From assembly GCA_009103225.1 (NCBI GenBank), contig RHPI01003599.1, forward strand, positions 62,001 to 126,000: a stretch of 64,000 bases of DNA, read 5' to 3'. The stretch comes from Chlorokybus atmophyticus. Its lineage: Eukaryota > Plantae > Mesostigma and Chlorokybus algae. Below the pieces are notes generated by a model, which did no database searches, was not told the DNA's origin, and saw only the letters and a program-made list of their open reading frames with translations. Of this stretch, positions 11,014 to 24,990 are shown in pieces; position 1 is the first letter of the stretch; the number at the start of each line of letters is the position of its first letter. A program made the position numbers and the translations under genes.

Positions 11014-12669
11014 CTAATTCTTCAGGAAGTTGTCGGGCATCTTCACGTAGACGAACTGCGTAATTTCGCCAGTGAAGCCGAAGTCGTTGTCATTGACCAG
11101 GATGAGGGTGTTGGAGTTGACAGCTGCGACGCCTTCAACCTGCAGACGAAAGGTTAACAATGAGTTGATTGATAACACATAACAGGTCAAGATACGTGAA
11201 ACATAGTCCTCACCTTGGTGGGGAATTTGCCCTCAAGCGTGGGGTTCTGCGAGTCCAGCACGAGGACCTTCTTGACCGGGACAATGCCCTCGGCGGCGAT
11301 GTCGACCGACTCGAGCGATGGGTTGGCGTTGACGTCATCCCACTTGGTACCCAGGATGTTGGTGGCGCCAGCGACGTCCACTTTGAAGATCAGGGTCTGA
11401 ATGGTGACGTGCTCGTCCACAAGGAACTTGCCGGTGCCGAAACCCCACGCATCGCTAATCTTTACATCACCCTACAAAACAACATTGAAGTGTTCAGCAG
11501 TGTCCAAGTGTCCAGTAGTTGCTGGTGATGCTTTCAGTCGCACACACAACCCAACATGTCATTTCACCTGGGCAGTGTCCACGTCCGCGGGGAATGCCTC
11601 GGGCGTCTCCAAGAGGTACACGTACTCGGCCACCACCTGGTTTGTCTCCAGCGAGAAGGTGAAGAGGCGGATGTTGCGGCTGTTGCGCCCGGCGCTCTTA
11701 GGGTTGTCCAGTGGTGACTGGGTCATGAAGTACAGCTCCTTCTCATTAGGAGCGAGAGCAATAGCCTCAATGCCTCGGTTGGACCTCCTCCTGGCCAGCA
11801 CAGCGGGAAGGTTGCCAACCACAGTGTAGTCAGCGCCGTCGAAGGAGCTCTCCAGGCCGGCGGGAATGTAACGGTGAGTCATGGTGCCATCTTGGGTAAG
11901 GAAGGCAAGGCTGGGAGCGTACTCCTCACCAATCCAGAAGGAGAGGTCATTAAGCTGGGCCAAACACTCAGTGTCCAGGCCGTTGGGGTCCTTGGGGAGG
12001 AGGTTACCGCCGGCGTCATAGGCATCCTCCGCGTCAGGGAGGGCAGGCGGGAGGCCAGTAACAGGCAGGCCAGTGTTCACAGCCTTGATCTGGAAGGCCT
12101 TGACCAGGGAGAGAGGGTTGCCCTTCTTGGGGGTGAACTTGTAGATGGTCGGGGCGAAGTTGGGCACGGTGAAGATCTTGCCAGAGTCGCAGATGTCCTT
12201 GCCGAGGAACTCCTCGTCCTCGCCGTCGCAGTCGATGTTGGTGCCCCTGTCACTGATGCTGAAGAAGTCCACGCCCTTGTCGCTGGGCCTGTGGGTCACA
12301 CCGCTGCCGTAACCGAACGTGTAGATGGCCAAGCTGCCGTCGGCCAGCGTCAGAGAGTCCAGAGGCTGCAAGCACAAGCCATGCATGCAGAGCCATCAGC
12401 AAACAGTGCATGCATGCAGCTCACCATGACAAGCTTTCAACCACAAGCATACAAGCTGCTGCGTGCGCTCTAACCACCGCTCAGTTGCTTGCTTGAACAC
12501 ATGCACAAGCGTTCAACACACTTACCACGGTGTAGTTGAAAGAGTTGGTCTTGACGTAAGGCTCAGCCCTAGGAGGTACCCGCGCAGCAGCTGGAGACAG
12601 CGCGCACGCCACCACCACCACCGCCGCCACCACCGCCGCCATGCGTCCCGCCATTGTCGCCGTCGCCAC
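11014..12669 (-). CDS. Secreted 'esterase-like activity of phytase' family protein (exons ~12669-12526, 12365-11568, 11471-11214, 11139-11014)
   Basis: Signal peptide MAAVVAAVVVVACALSPAAA; motifs FFSISDRGTN, GLDTECLA, FWIGEEYAPSL, RRSNRGIEAIAL, QSPL, KVEGVA, NDNDFG; all introns GT-AG and phase-consistent. Exact start Met uncertain. Confidence 0.85.
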
Positions 12670-15137
12670 TACTGCTGCTGCTGCTGGTACACTGATACTA
12701 ATGCTACAGTTTTGCTATTTGCTTGACCTTCCTTGAAACAGCAACTCACAGAGTCCCGCAAACAATCATGCATCTGTCAATACGTCGCATTGAAGTCCTT
12801 GAAACGGCTTGCCCCACTGCGCGGGTCTTGTCAGGTTTATGAGGACAGGCAATGCATAGCACTGAGCTTACTCTGGTCCGACTGCGATTGGAGACAAAGT
12901 CGCGGGGCGCACGCATTGGAATCTTCAGTTGCTAATCATGTCGTTAAGGCGGACTTGGCGGGAATATTCTGTTGTTTAGAGTGGCGGCGCTTGCGAAGTT
13001 CATGATGCGTCTGTGTGCACTCTCTTGTCACCCGAGTCTGGTGCCACTGCCACACCTGTAACTTATATGCCAGCATCATGTAGGCGAACTGCAAGCTCGT
13101 GCTTCAAGTTATACGTGGTACCTGTACATGCAGCAAAGTAGATGCAAGTGCAGTGTATGAGAACAGCACTAGCATAGACCATGCTGCATGCTACATTTGT
13201 TACAGCACAGCACACAGAACCCATGCAAGCTCCAAGGTACCAAAATAGCTATCAATATTTCATATAACCTTAGATTATGCATACAAAATACCTTTTTTAT
13301 CGGCACATCACCCGAGGACCAATACTTACTGCACGACAAATGAACGGACATGCTTAGCGGCGTCAGTGGTAGTATAGCACTACACGAGACCTTCATGACA
13401 TTAACCAAGTGTGCGTTTTACATGCTTCCATTTGCTGCCTTTCGAGTAGTTGCACATAGCAAGAACTCATGGTATGGTGTTCTTGTGATTTAAAAACACT
13501 CAATCATTGTGTGGATCCATATATAATTATACGTGGTTGTCTAATAAACGACATCCATGCTATTGTGAGTTTGGTTGTGTTGCAAACCTCCAATCCACAT
13601 TGTGCGTGCAATAGCAAATTGCTATATTTATACATTAGCAAACCAAAAGACGGTTGTGTAAGCCAATAGTGAACAATGATTATATCTTGCGTAATAAGTG
13701 TGCATGGATCGTAAGGTTGGACTGTGATTGACGTTGTCAAAGTTACACTCATGCATGCCGCATATTATATATTACTACACACATATCGCAATTTATGCAA
13801 TCAGACGGTGGCACCGCTTGCTGTAAGCATATTTGATTAATATGTGTTGTTCCTGCTTTGAAGCAAGAATTCGATGATGATTGATATGTGTAGCATGAGA
13901 ACATCTAAACATGTCATTATGTGTCATGTGTGTATGACTCCTACACATTCAAATTGGTCACCACAGAACATGGCGGCATTGCGTGCGCAAAAAACACCCA
14001 ACAAAAGGGTGTCTGCTACGTAAACGGGGCTTCTTGCAAGGAAATGTAGTTGTGGGAGCAGACATTATAATATTGATGTCATCACTTGTTTTTAAAAAGG
14101 AAACCACTAGCCATAAGGATGAGGTGATAAAAAGGCTTCGTTCGATAGTAACGGAACTTAGCAATGCATTACGTCTCTGTGAATGCTACAAGCCCTCCGT
14201 CGCCAACCTCTGAAACTCATTTTCACATAATGTAACCTTTGTGGATGGCAGCATAATGTTCATGGCGCCGTTAAAGTGACACACATCACAAGCGGGTTGT
14301 GAGGCTGTGCTGTCAACTAATATCGCTGAACTTGACAGCTTTTGTATTATTGCTCTCAATACAACAACTGGTTTTTGAATACGACAGTCGTCAAATTCAT
14401 TACCCTTGAAGACTTGTGAGCTTTTAATATTGTATGCGCAAAGATCATTCAATTATTGAGGGTTACTGAGGTATACATATGTTCTTGGATTGCGCGGTTG
14501 GAATTGTAAACTATATTGTTATATAAAGTAAATCACAATGACATGTTTGTAGCCAACATCCGAGCTCGAGAATGCATCGCGCTTTGAGAGTTGCAATGCT
14601 TGACCATTACGGTCATCGATACAATATGACCATTATGGTCATCAATAGAGTCTAGGCCTGTCTACATTAAACCTAGCTGCTACGGAAAGCTATAGCCTGT
14701 TTGCAGATTGTAATTTATATTGAACGAATGATAGTTGCGATGTAATTACATCACATGATGTTCTTCTACTTATGGCAGCAATTCATGCTATTGTCAAGCT
14801 GACTTCAATATACTTACTGACATTGTGATGTAAATTCAACAAATGAAAGTCGCAATATGTACGCATTAAAAGCTGGTCTTCTACTTTTAACAGCAATTCA
14901 TCTTACCATGACAAATGGTTAATTTGATTGTAATACGAGTACAATGCTGTTGTGCGTGTATACAAGTAACCAAAAATAATACTGACGTGTCGCTATCGCC
15001 TGAATGGGAATAAAATGCATTACAATTTCTTGCATTTGCTGTTATTGTATACCGTAGAGACACGTACACTACAACCCACACTTATTTTAGCGAATTAGTT
15101 TTATTTCAATCCGTTTTCTATAATAATCATAACATCA

Positions 15138-15188
15138 TTAAAGGCCTTATTAACATCAATATCATATTGATGTTAATAAGGCCTTTAA
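15138..15188. repeat. Perfect palindrome: 25-bp arms, 1-nt spacer
   Basis: ttaaaggccttattaacatcaatat-c-atattgatgttaataaggcctttaa. Confidence 0.95.
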
Positions 15189-15220
15189 ATACAATAACAA
15201 CCTCAAGCATTAAACCCTTT

Positions 15221-15260
15221 TTGAGTTGAGTTGAGTTGAGTTGAGTTGAGTTGAGTTGAG
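15221..15260. repeat. (TTGAG)8 pentanucleotide tandem repeat
   Basis: Direct reading. Confidence 0.95.
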
Positions 15261-15676
15261 TAATTATTTTTGAGTTGTAATGTATGTGTCGCTACGGTAA
15301 TTGATCTGTGCTATCCATCTTGATATTCAATGGTAAACCCACACAGGCGGCCATTGCAGTCCACAGAGCTCAGAATCAACCGGTAGGTACCATAAGCAAC
15401 ATCACATGATCAATGCAAGGGCTGAAGGCAATAGTCAGGCCATGCATGGAGTTTTGCTGAGCAGGTTAGGTATCTGTGAGTTGGGTGTGGTGACCATCGC
15501 TTTCACCTTCGCCTTCACCTTCACCTCCGCCTCCGCCTGCACCTTCGCCACCGCCTTTCCTCACCCACAACCAGCAGGCGGGGCGTTGCAGCTGGCAACG
15601 GTGGCTGCATGCGCTCACGCCCAGCTGGCCTGGTTGAGAAGGAGTCTGCAGCTGTTGGTGGGTGAGGAATAGAGGC

Positions 15677-18600
15677 ATGCGGCGGGCGCTGCTGTGGAGG
15701 TTGGGGCCTGCTGCTGCTGCGTTAGCTGAGGGCGGCGGCGGCACAGCAGCAGCTGCTGGAGGAGCGGGTAGTGCACGTTTGAACTCTTTGCTGTCGTCGT
15801 CATCGTCGTCGTCTTCATGGTCGCTCTGGGGTGAGCGTATTGTACCTGCCGCTGAGTTAGTTGGTTTAGGGTTCGTCGGGTTTGTTGGTGTTGTTAGCTG
15901 GCCAGCTAAGAGCTAACGTTGAGTCGTGGTGACTGAGAGCATATGAATATGACACTCTGGAAACCACCACTTGCTTTGTGCTCCCGTGCATGGTCAGTCA
16001 CTCATCTTTGACGGGAAGTGTGCTGTGAAACAAGTGCACTATGAGCAGTCCCTGTTGGCACAAGTAATGCACGCATGATAACATACAAAGAATTCAATGC
16101 ATGAAGAATTCCTCCTACAGCAAGCACAGCCACAGTGAAAGTCAGCATGCGCTTGCTTGCCAGTAGCGGTCATACTTGGCTTCTTGTACGCTCAGTGATC
16201 ATGTCGTGCACACCATGTCACACACGCAACCCACATTCCAAATCATCGCATGCATGTACACAACACAGCATAGCACACAATGTCTCTTTAGGCCTGACTT
16301 TGACGTTTACTCACATGTTGCATGCATAGCAAGCCTGTGCAGTGTACCTTCTGTACAATGTGAGCACATCCACTGTATCACAAGTACACATTGTCCGCTC
16401 ATCCACAGTGGGAAGCACAGTCAATCGCTGCTCACTTCCATTTCCAATACCTGACATCGCTTACAGGCATCATCGCAAGCAAGCAGGCGCGATGCTTGGC
16501 CTCACGCGCACAGCAAGCAACAACGCGCATGACACCCACAATCGACCTCACAGACCTGAGGTATGTTACTACAGCACACACCACACATACCAGCAACCCT
16601 ACACTTCTTCACACTCAGGCTCCCCCACGAGTGGTACCCAGCCGCACGCGCGATGTTTCGCCGCATCACGCTCCACGTTGGTCCCACCAACAGTGGTAAG
16701 ACGCACGCTGCGCTGATGAGGCTGGCGTCGGCTTCTTCGGGGCTGTACTGCGGGCCGCTGCGCCTGCTCGCGTGGGAGATAGCAGAGAGGCTGAACAATA
16801 GTGACAACCGCGTGGCGTGCGACCTGCTAACTGGACAAGAACGCACCGAACTGCCAGGAGCCAAACATGTCTCAGGTTGGAGGATTTGGTAGGAGTTACT
16901 GCTGGTTCAAAGTACTATGGGTTGCTCTGTTTGGCTTATGCGTTTGTTACATGTTGGTTGTGCCAGCCACTGTGGAGATGGCGGACATAAACAGGCTGTG
17001 GGATGTCGCCATCATAGATGAAATACAGGTACACGCATGCGCTTGTATGCCAACTCTCAAGCCTTATAGCTTTATAGATCACTACGCCTGGTGCAGTCAT
17101 TGATATGATTTGTTGGTGTTGGCAGATGATAGCTGACCCGACACGCGGTTGGTCATTTACGCGGGCCCTTCTCGGCCTTCGTGCCCGCCATTTGCACCTC
17201 TGCGGCGATGCAGCTTCTGTCCCACTTATCAAGCAACTATGCCAACACTCCAATGAAGATCTGGAGGCAAGTGGTTTGGAGCAGTGAGGAGATGTGAGAC
17301 AGCAACAGAGGAGAGAGTGTTTGACAGCTGCGTTGTGTGCGTGTGTTCTTGCAATCAGGTTGTTGAGTATGAGAGGTTGTCACCGCTAAAGCCGGCAAGA
17401 ACAGCGTTGATGTCGTTGGACGGCGTGAAGGCGGGTGATTGTGTTGTGGCATTCTCGCGCAGAGATGTGCACTCCATAAAGGTGGGTTGAATACTATGTT
17501 TGTCCTTATTGCTGCATTGCAAACGTCTGAGCTGTTCTCCATAGTAAAACTGCCTCATTCCTGCAGCGCGAGATCGAAGCTGCTGGCAAACACCGCTGTT
17601 GCGTGGTGTACGGCTCGCTGCCACCCGAAACACGCTCAAAGCAGGCACAGGTGCTGATGATGCTACTATAGTGGATAGTGGAAGCTAGTGGAAGCTGTTA
17701 TTATGTCCATGTTGGGCAAACATGGTATCTGTCTTGGCTCAGGCTGTGCTCTTCAATGCGGCGCGCAGCGGGTTTGGCGTGCTGGTTGCCAGCGACGCGG
17801 TGGGCATGGGGCTTAACCTCAACATCCGCCGCGTGGTGTTCTCCACCACCGCCAAGTATGACGGCGAGAACTTCCGCCCGCTCACAGCCTCAGAACTCAA
17901 GCAGATCGCAGGTGTGGTGAATGCCGATCTATGCATGATGTTGTGAGTATGAGGTTTGATACAAGCTTTATCACAGGCAGGGCTGGACGCTTCTCCTCAA
18001 GGTATCCAACTGGTGTGGTGACGTGCATGGATGAGGAGGACTTGCCCTTTATCAAGGAGGCTTTGGCTACGCCATCAGAGCCTTTGCAGGTTTGTATAAT
18101 GCTGTCAGTTATGCCATGGTCACGCTGTGGTAACATGGTTGTACATGATGTGTTTGTGCCAGTCTGCAGGTCTGTTTCCAACCTTTGAGCTGCTGGAGTT
18201 GTACTCTGCTCAACATCCAGGAGACTCTTTTGTAAAAGCCTTGGTGAGTTCCTATATTCACAACATTACAGTCGTTGTGTCTGCCTGGTAGTCTGTTGCC
18301 TCACCTGCTGTTGTGCCAGGGCAGTTTTATAGAGAGCGCAAAGCTTTCCTCCCTCTACTTCATGCGCAACTGCGACGACATCATGGTGAGCACAGCCTGA
18401 ACACGTCTTCCGCTGTTGTTGATGAACACTTGTTGTTGATGAACACAGTTGTTGACATTGCTCGACTGCCACTGCAGACCATCGCTCACATGCTTGACGA
18501 GCTCCCTCTGACTCTTCATGACAGATTCACATTCTGCATCAGGTGAGCACTTTTGGCAGTATTGCAGTATCATCTCTTATAAGGGTTGAAACTTACTCAT

Positions 18601-19591
18601 CTTATGTGGGACAGCCCTGTGGACACCGATGATGCAATCTGTGTCAGCTCGCTCATGCAGGTAGGTGCAAACAGTGACAACGTGCCTTGCAAGGTTGGTC
18701 TGTCGCAGTGTAGTCGTTTTTTTTTTTTGATTGTCTGCCCCTCGCGCAGTTTGCGAGAGACTATCTGCACGATGGCGAAGTGCGCATGCGTCGCGCATTC
18801 ACGCCGGGCTCGATGCGAGTGCCGCGCACGCAAAGCGAACTCCAACAGCTAGAATCCCTTCATCAGGCATGGTGGTTGCTTCACTTGTGCCATCCACTCA
18901 TGTATCCTTTCAGTTATCTTTTGATATAAACATTTGTTCCTGCAGGTTTATGACCTCTACAGCTGGTTGAGTTTCCGCCTGCCGCATGCGTTTGTCGATG
19001 TTGACATCGCAGCAGAACAACGAGCGCTCTGCGGCATGTACGTGCAACAGGCACATGAGTAGGGTCCGTCATGTCAAATGAGACGCCACTGAGGTCACTC
19101 TTGCAGGTTGATTGAACAAGCGCTGATGGCGGCTGGCGCCACGCGCAATGTTAAGGCGAAGACGAAGCAAGAAGCAGCGAATGTTACAGCTGATGATGAC
19201 ACTGTAAGAGAGCGCTGCACATGCCATGCCTGCAAAGTTCAATGTGTTGTGCTCGATGTGCACACGCGACTGTCTGCGTAAGCTTTGCATGTTCCCCTAT
19301 GCCAGCTACATGTTAACAAGGTCAGCGTGTGTTGACACTGGCTTGTGTTGTGATTACATGCCAGCTGCATGACATATGTTGGATGGCGATTGTTCCCCCA
19401 TCATGCTTTGCACACAGGTTGCTAGCGTGTTGACAGAAGACAAGCGCAGGCGCAAATGGAGGGAACAAAACCAGCAGCAATGGCAACTTATGGCAGCGCA
19501 GAGAGCTCCAAAACACTCTTACGCAGCTCACGGCAGCCAGCAAAGGAGGAGTAAAAGTCGCCGCTGTGGCGTGACGTATTTGCCTCGCTGA
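15677..19591 (+). CDS. SUV3: Mitochondrial ATP-dependent RNA helicase SUV3 (multi-exon)
   Basis: IDLTDLR|[47 protein letters not shown]|[41 protein letters not shown]|RAGR, LESLHQ|[11 protein letters not shown]. Putative exon 1 (15677-15830) resembles a transit peptide and is phase-compatible with the exon at 16467. Confidence 0.92.
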
Positions 19592-21669
19592 CGATGACCA
19601 GGTAGCAGTAGGGTTAGTGATATTATGATATTGCTTGAGATGGTGATTGTAAGCCCAGCACGCTGTTGGAGTGATCAGCTCGCACGTGTGCTATTTCGAC
19701 TCGCACCTATTGCCAAAGTTGATTCTTACTGTCAACAAGCATTCGACGTGATGCAATGAACTCATAGGTCGCGCTGCGTCAAGTCGCATACAATCAGATG
19801 CGTCATTGTGCATAGTGCTGCACTTGTTTCTCTCTCCCTTCCCTCTCCCAGCACTGTGCATAGCGGTGCTGCACTTGTGGGCTCCTACTCGGCTCTGCTG
19901 CTGCGTGTGCAGTGCCCTCAGCCGTACTGTCTTATGTAGTGGCTGCAGCTATGGAAGCAGCATTAGCTGATCGTGGCTACTGCTGCTTGCGTAGCTGCGG
20001 TGGTTGTGATGCCGAAAGGAGTGCTTAGGGTTAGGTACGGCAGCAAAGAGTGTTCGCCTTCACCCTTCACAACAGCGGTTCACTGTAACAGATGTCGCGC
20101 ACAGTCGCACATGCATACGCACACGCACGAATATAAGTGCAGCACATGCATAGCAAACAAGGCGCCCGAAGCCATCCACCTGTTGCCCTATACCAAACAC
20201 CATACAGGAAATGGTTGGGTGTTCCATAGTGGTTCGTGTATATTGGATGATGCCAGCAATGACATGTGCAGCAAGGTAAGGTCAAGGCAACTGGGGGTGG
20301 GTGGTGGGGCGGCAAACCGCTGTTGAACACCTTAGCTCTGCCCATAGACACATTGCTGCGTTATCCGTCCGTATGCAATGACAGTATACAATGTGTATCA
20401 AACGCAATGCGGCCTGTGGGTGCTCTGCATTGTTTGTTTGTTCAATTCGGGGTATGGTACTATGCGGTTATGCTGCATGGCATCATGATGCTGTTAATGC
20501 GTATAGTCTGCACGCCAACCACTACTAAGTAGGCCTACAAAAACAACCAATTACGCGGCTACATTCCAGGGGTATAGTGTAGTTTGCTGCCTGAACCCAC
20601 CACTGCGTTTGTATGCAAGCCTGCCCTCTCATGCTTGCTTTTGCCCCCGTTANNNNNNNNNNNNNNNNNNNNNNNNNNNNNNNNNNNNNNNNNNNNNNNN
20701 NNNNNNNNNNNNNNNNNNNNNNNNNNNNNNNNNNNNNNNNNNNNNNNNNNNNNNNNNNNNNNNNNNNNNNNNNNNNNNNNNNNNNNNNNNNNNNNNNNNN
20801 NNNNNNNNNNNNNNNNNNNNNNNNNNNNNNNNNNNNNNNNNNNNNNNNNNNNNNNNNNNNNNNNNNNNNNNNNNNNNNNNNNNNNNNNNNNNNNNNNNNN
20901 NNNNNNNNNNNNNNNNNNNNNNNNNNNNNNNNNNNNNNNNNNNNNNNNNNNNNNNNNNNNNNNNNNNNNNNNNNNNNNNNNNNNNNNNNNNNNNNNNNNN
21001 NNNNNNNNNNNNNNNNNNNNNNNNNNNNNNNNNNNNNNNNNNNNNNNNNNNNNNNNNNNNNNNNNNNCTCTCTCCCCCTCCCCCTCCCCGAATTTAGCAA
21101 CTTACATCGTCACTCGCCTACCCTTCGTGCTCTCCATCTGATGCTTGCTGTGTGCTGTGTACCAAAAGCAATGCAGTATTCTGTGCGTGTGCGTGGTTGT
21201 GTGCTGCGTGCTGTATGTTCGTAGCTGGGTTTGTGCTCAGCTTGTTTGTGTTTGTGTTTTGTGTTGGCGTGCTCCATTCGTGTGCATTGCCAGCATGAAC
21301 CTACTTGCATAGACAGGCAGATGGCTTGCTTGCAACTCTCAATGGTCAGTCACCTTCGCACCTGCAACCCATGCACTTTGTACATAGTGTACGTCGTAAT
21401 ATGCTTGGCACCTGTGTGTGCGGACAAGGTTCAAATCATCAATTGCATTACTAAGTGTAGAGAGCTTGCCCACTAATCAAAACTGGCCAAACATAGACAT
21501 TGATTCTTGTGCCGTGCGCATGCAGTCTTGGTGGCGGGCAAGCGGCGGCGGCGGCGGCGGCCGTGCGGTTGTTGTCCGTGTGGTCTGGCGGCTGTCTGGG
21601 GTTGTGTGCGCGTGATGGACGATGGATGACGGCAATGTCAACGACTGACATAATCCTTTGCCTCACGCC

Positions 21670-24391
21670 ATGAGGGGCGCTCCTCCGCTTGCGCCATCAC
21701 CATCACCATCCGCCTCAGGCAGGCAGCTGCTTCCGCGGTGGCACTCCGCCTCCATCTGCACCAACACCCCTGGCCATGACACCCCAGCCCACAACGACGA
21801 CAACGCCGCCGCCCGCAACAACCGCCGCAGCGACCGAGGCAGCAGACGCGGCCGCGGCGGAGCTGGAGGTGGAGGTGGAGCCGGTGTTCACGTGAAGAGG
21901 CAGCAGGACAACGCCAAGGACAGGGAGCCGAAGCATGCGGACAACAACACCAACGCCGCCGCCGCCGTTGGCGCCGCCGGCAGCAGCGGCGGTAGGCGCT
22001 TGCGCGGCACGCTGCTGCTGCGGCTGGCCGCATGCATTGCCATACTCAGGCAAGTGTAGTGTACAAGCCACACAGCAATGACACACATACACAGCTATCA
22101 TGCAAAGTGCGTACTGCTCACTGGTAATAATAACGCACTGTGCACTGGTCTTGATCTGTCAACAACGTGCAGGTTTTTCTGTGTCAACACATCGCTTGTA
22201 CATCGCATGCACGTCTTATTTATCGTGTAAAGTGCAATGCGAGCGCTGACCCATCTTACTCTGTTCTGTCACACAACACAGCATTGCCGCTACGGCTACA
22301 ATCTACACGCAGCAGCTCCGCGCTTCCGCCACCAGCTGGCTGTCCAGGCCATCGCTCGCTTCCTTCCGCACAAAGACCGACCCAACACAATCATCCACAA
22401 CATCATCACCGCGTGCGCATCGAGACAGCCTCGCAAGCCCGAGGTGGCCGCAGAAGGTGGCCTGCACGTGCGCGCGTCTGTGTGCGTGCGTCATGCGGTG
22501 GTTGCGTGCGAGCGAGTGTGTGCCTGCATGTGTGGGGTGGCATGCTTGTGCGGCTGTGTATGTGCGCAAGGATGACGGTGTTGTGTGTGTTAGTGGACGG
22601 TGGAGGACAGCGTGTTCTGCGAGTCGCTGCGGTCGGTGATCGATCCTGTGGACGTGGCGTTCGCGGACGCGATGACCGGCCCGCGCCGTACCCGCGCCGC
22701 CCGCGCCAACAACGCCACCATCGTCACCGCCTTCTACGCCATGCGCAGCAAGCACACACCAGAGGAGTACTGGCTGTGAGTGTGAGTGTGCACTCTACAC
22801 CACGTGGTCCTAGCACTGTCCAAGTTGTTTTCTGTTGCGTCGAGTTGTGAGGTTGAAGTACTTGGTGCAATGGTTATGTGGTACACAGGTGGAGTAAGAA
22901 CATGCTTGGTATCAACACGCCGATGGTTGTGTTCGTTGACGACGACATCCCGGCGCTGCTCCCAAACTCGACCGCATTCCAAATACGCCAAATACGCGTC
23001 TGCCTACTAGGTGGAGCCATACATCATGTCATTGTCAATGTCACTTCTCTGCAAGGCACACTCACACGCACTCGCACGTATTCACGCGCATACATGTATA
23101 CATGTACACATGCAGTACGCACGCGCGCAGGTCTCTCCTCGATGTACTACACGCGGATCGTCCCAACCCCGCGCAGGTTCGGACCATGCTTGCACGCATT
23201 CCCCAACTCCCTTCACCCTCCCCCACACCCAACACACCCACAGTACTATCATCCCGCAGCGCGTGGGTGGCGAGCGGCTACACGGCTCAGTTACAAGCCC
23301 AGCAAGACGCCATTTCTGGCGGCCAACCCGACAGCTGGATGCCAATGGACTTGCGCACACTCTACCACCAAAAGGCGGGTTTCGTGCGTCGAGTGGCCTC
23401 ATCCAACCCATTCCAGACACGCTACTTCGTCTGGACCGATGTCGGCTGCTTCCGGGACACGCACGTGGCGTATATCGGGGTGAATTGGCCCGACGGGAAA
23501 AGGATAAGAAGGCTGGATGATAATAGGCTGCTGGTGGCGAGGTCCAAGGGACGGGGGCTGGATACAACGTTGTGTAAAGCGAGACAGGAAGTGGTGCGTG
23601 GGTGCGAGTGCGCGCGTGTGTGGGCACGTGTGCACGTGGGTGCGTGGCATGTACTTGTGTGCATGTGCGCATGCGGACGCGCAGTAATTCTTGCACGTGC
23701 ACATGCGCGCGTATGCTTGTATGTGAGTGTTCGCGCGCGCACAGGTGTGCGTCCGGGCACGCGTGTATTCGCACGCATATAAGTCCATCTATCATGCCAT
23801 CTGGCGCTTGCATATACATCACACAATTTTGCAGCTTTTGGACGAACTTGTGCGGGACATAGTTGAGCGGCAAAACTATGACATGGCAGGTGAGCTCGGC
23901 GTAGGTTGGCTACACTGCGTTTCGTTTACCACAGATTGTTATGAGTCACACTGACACCACCTGATTGATCCGCGTGCAGGCGCCATCTGGGCTGGCACAT
24001 TGCAGGCTGTTGAGGTAACAAGTGCTTACATTCTGTGTTACAGCGCTCAACAACCAACCAACGCAATAGCATTGACGTTGACAACATGATGACTGATGTC
24101 GTGTGAATGCATTAGTGGTGGGCGACGGCGTACTACCGCGCGCTAGAGAAGCTCCTCACCATCGATGGGCCGGTATACAACGACGACCAGACGATCATGA
24201 CGTTGTTGCGGTGTTGGCATCCAAGGCGCGTGCGTGTGCTCCCCGCAGCCGAGGATGGTGATGGTGATGGTGATGGCGATGACGTGTCGACACGTGCGGG
24301 CTGCTGCCGGCGCCATGGCGTTGAACCCGCTCACACCACGTGCCAGTGGTTCTTCCTGCAGCTGTACCTGAGAGATGACACTTGTGCATGA
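21670..24391 (+). CDS. Type II membrane HtrL/YibB (WlaTC/HtrL glycosyltransferase-like) family protein (multi-exon)
   Basis: Hydrophobic segment after RRLRG, then NATIVTAFYAMRSKHTPEEYW|..WSKNML..PMVVFVD, LYHQKAGFVRRVASSNPFQTRYFVWTDVGCFR, GAIWAG, NDDQTIM. The splice path of the early exons is uncertain. Confidence 0.75.
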
Positions 24392-24518
24392 GAGATGCCA
24401 CTGGGGAACTTCGGGTGTCTGCGGGTGAAGTGTGTTGTGGTGTAGTGTCTCGTTCGTGTTGAGTGTGGTGCAAGTTGTTAGCATTGCAGTGACAACATTA
24501 TTGAATAAGGTGACAGTT

Positions 24519-24990
<472 letters not shown>

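Noticed and set aside
19900-21600. Possible gene spanning the 20653-21067 gap
   Set aside because: Short ORFs on both strands without recognisable motifs, and the gap prevents a model.
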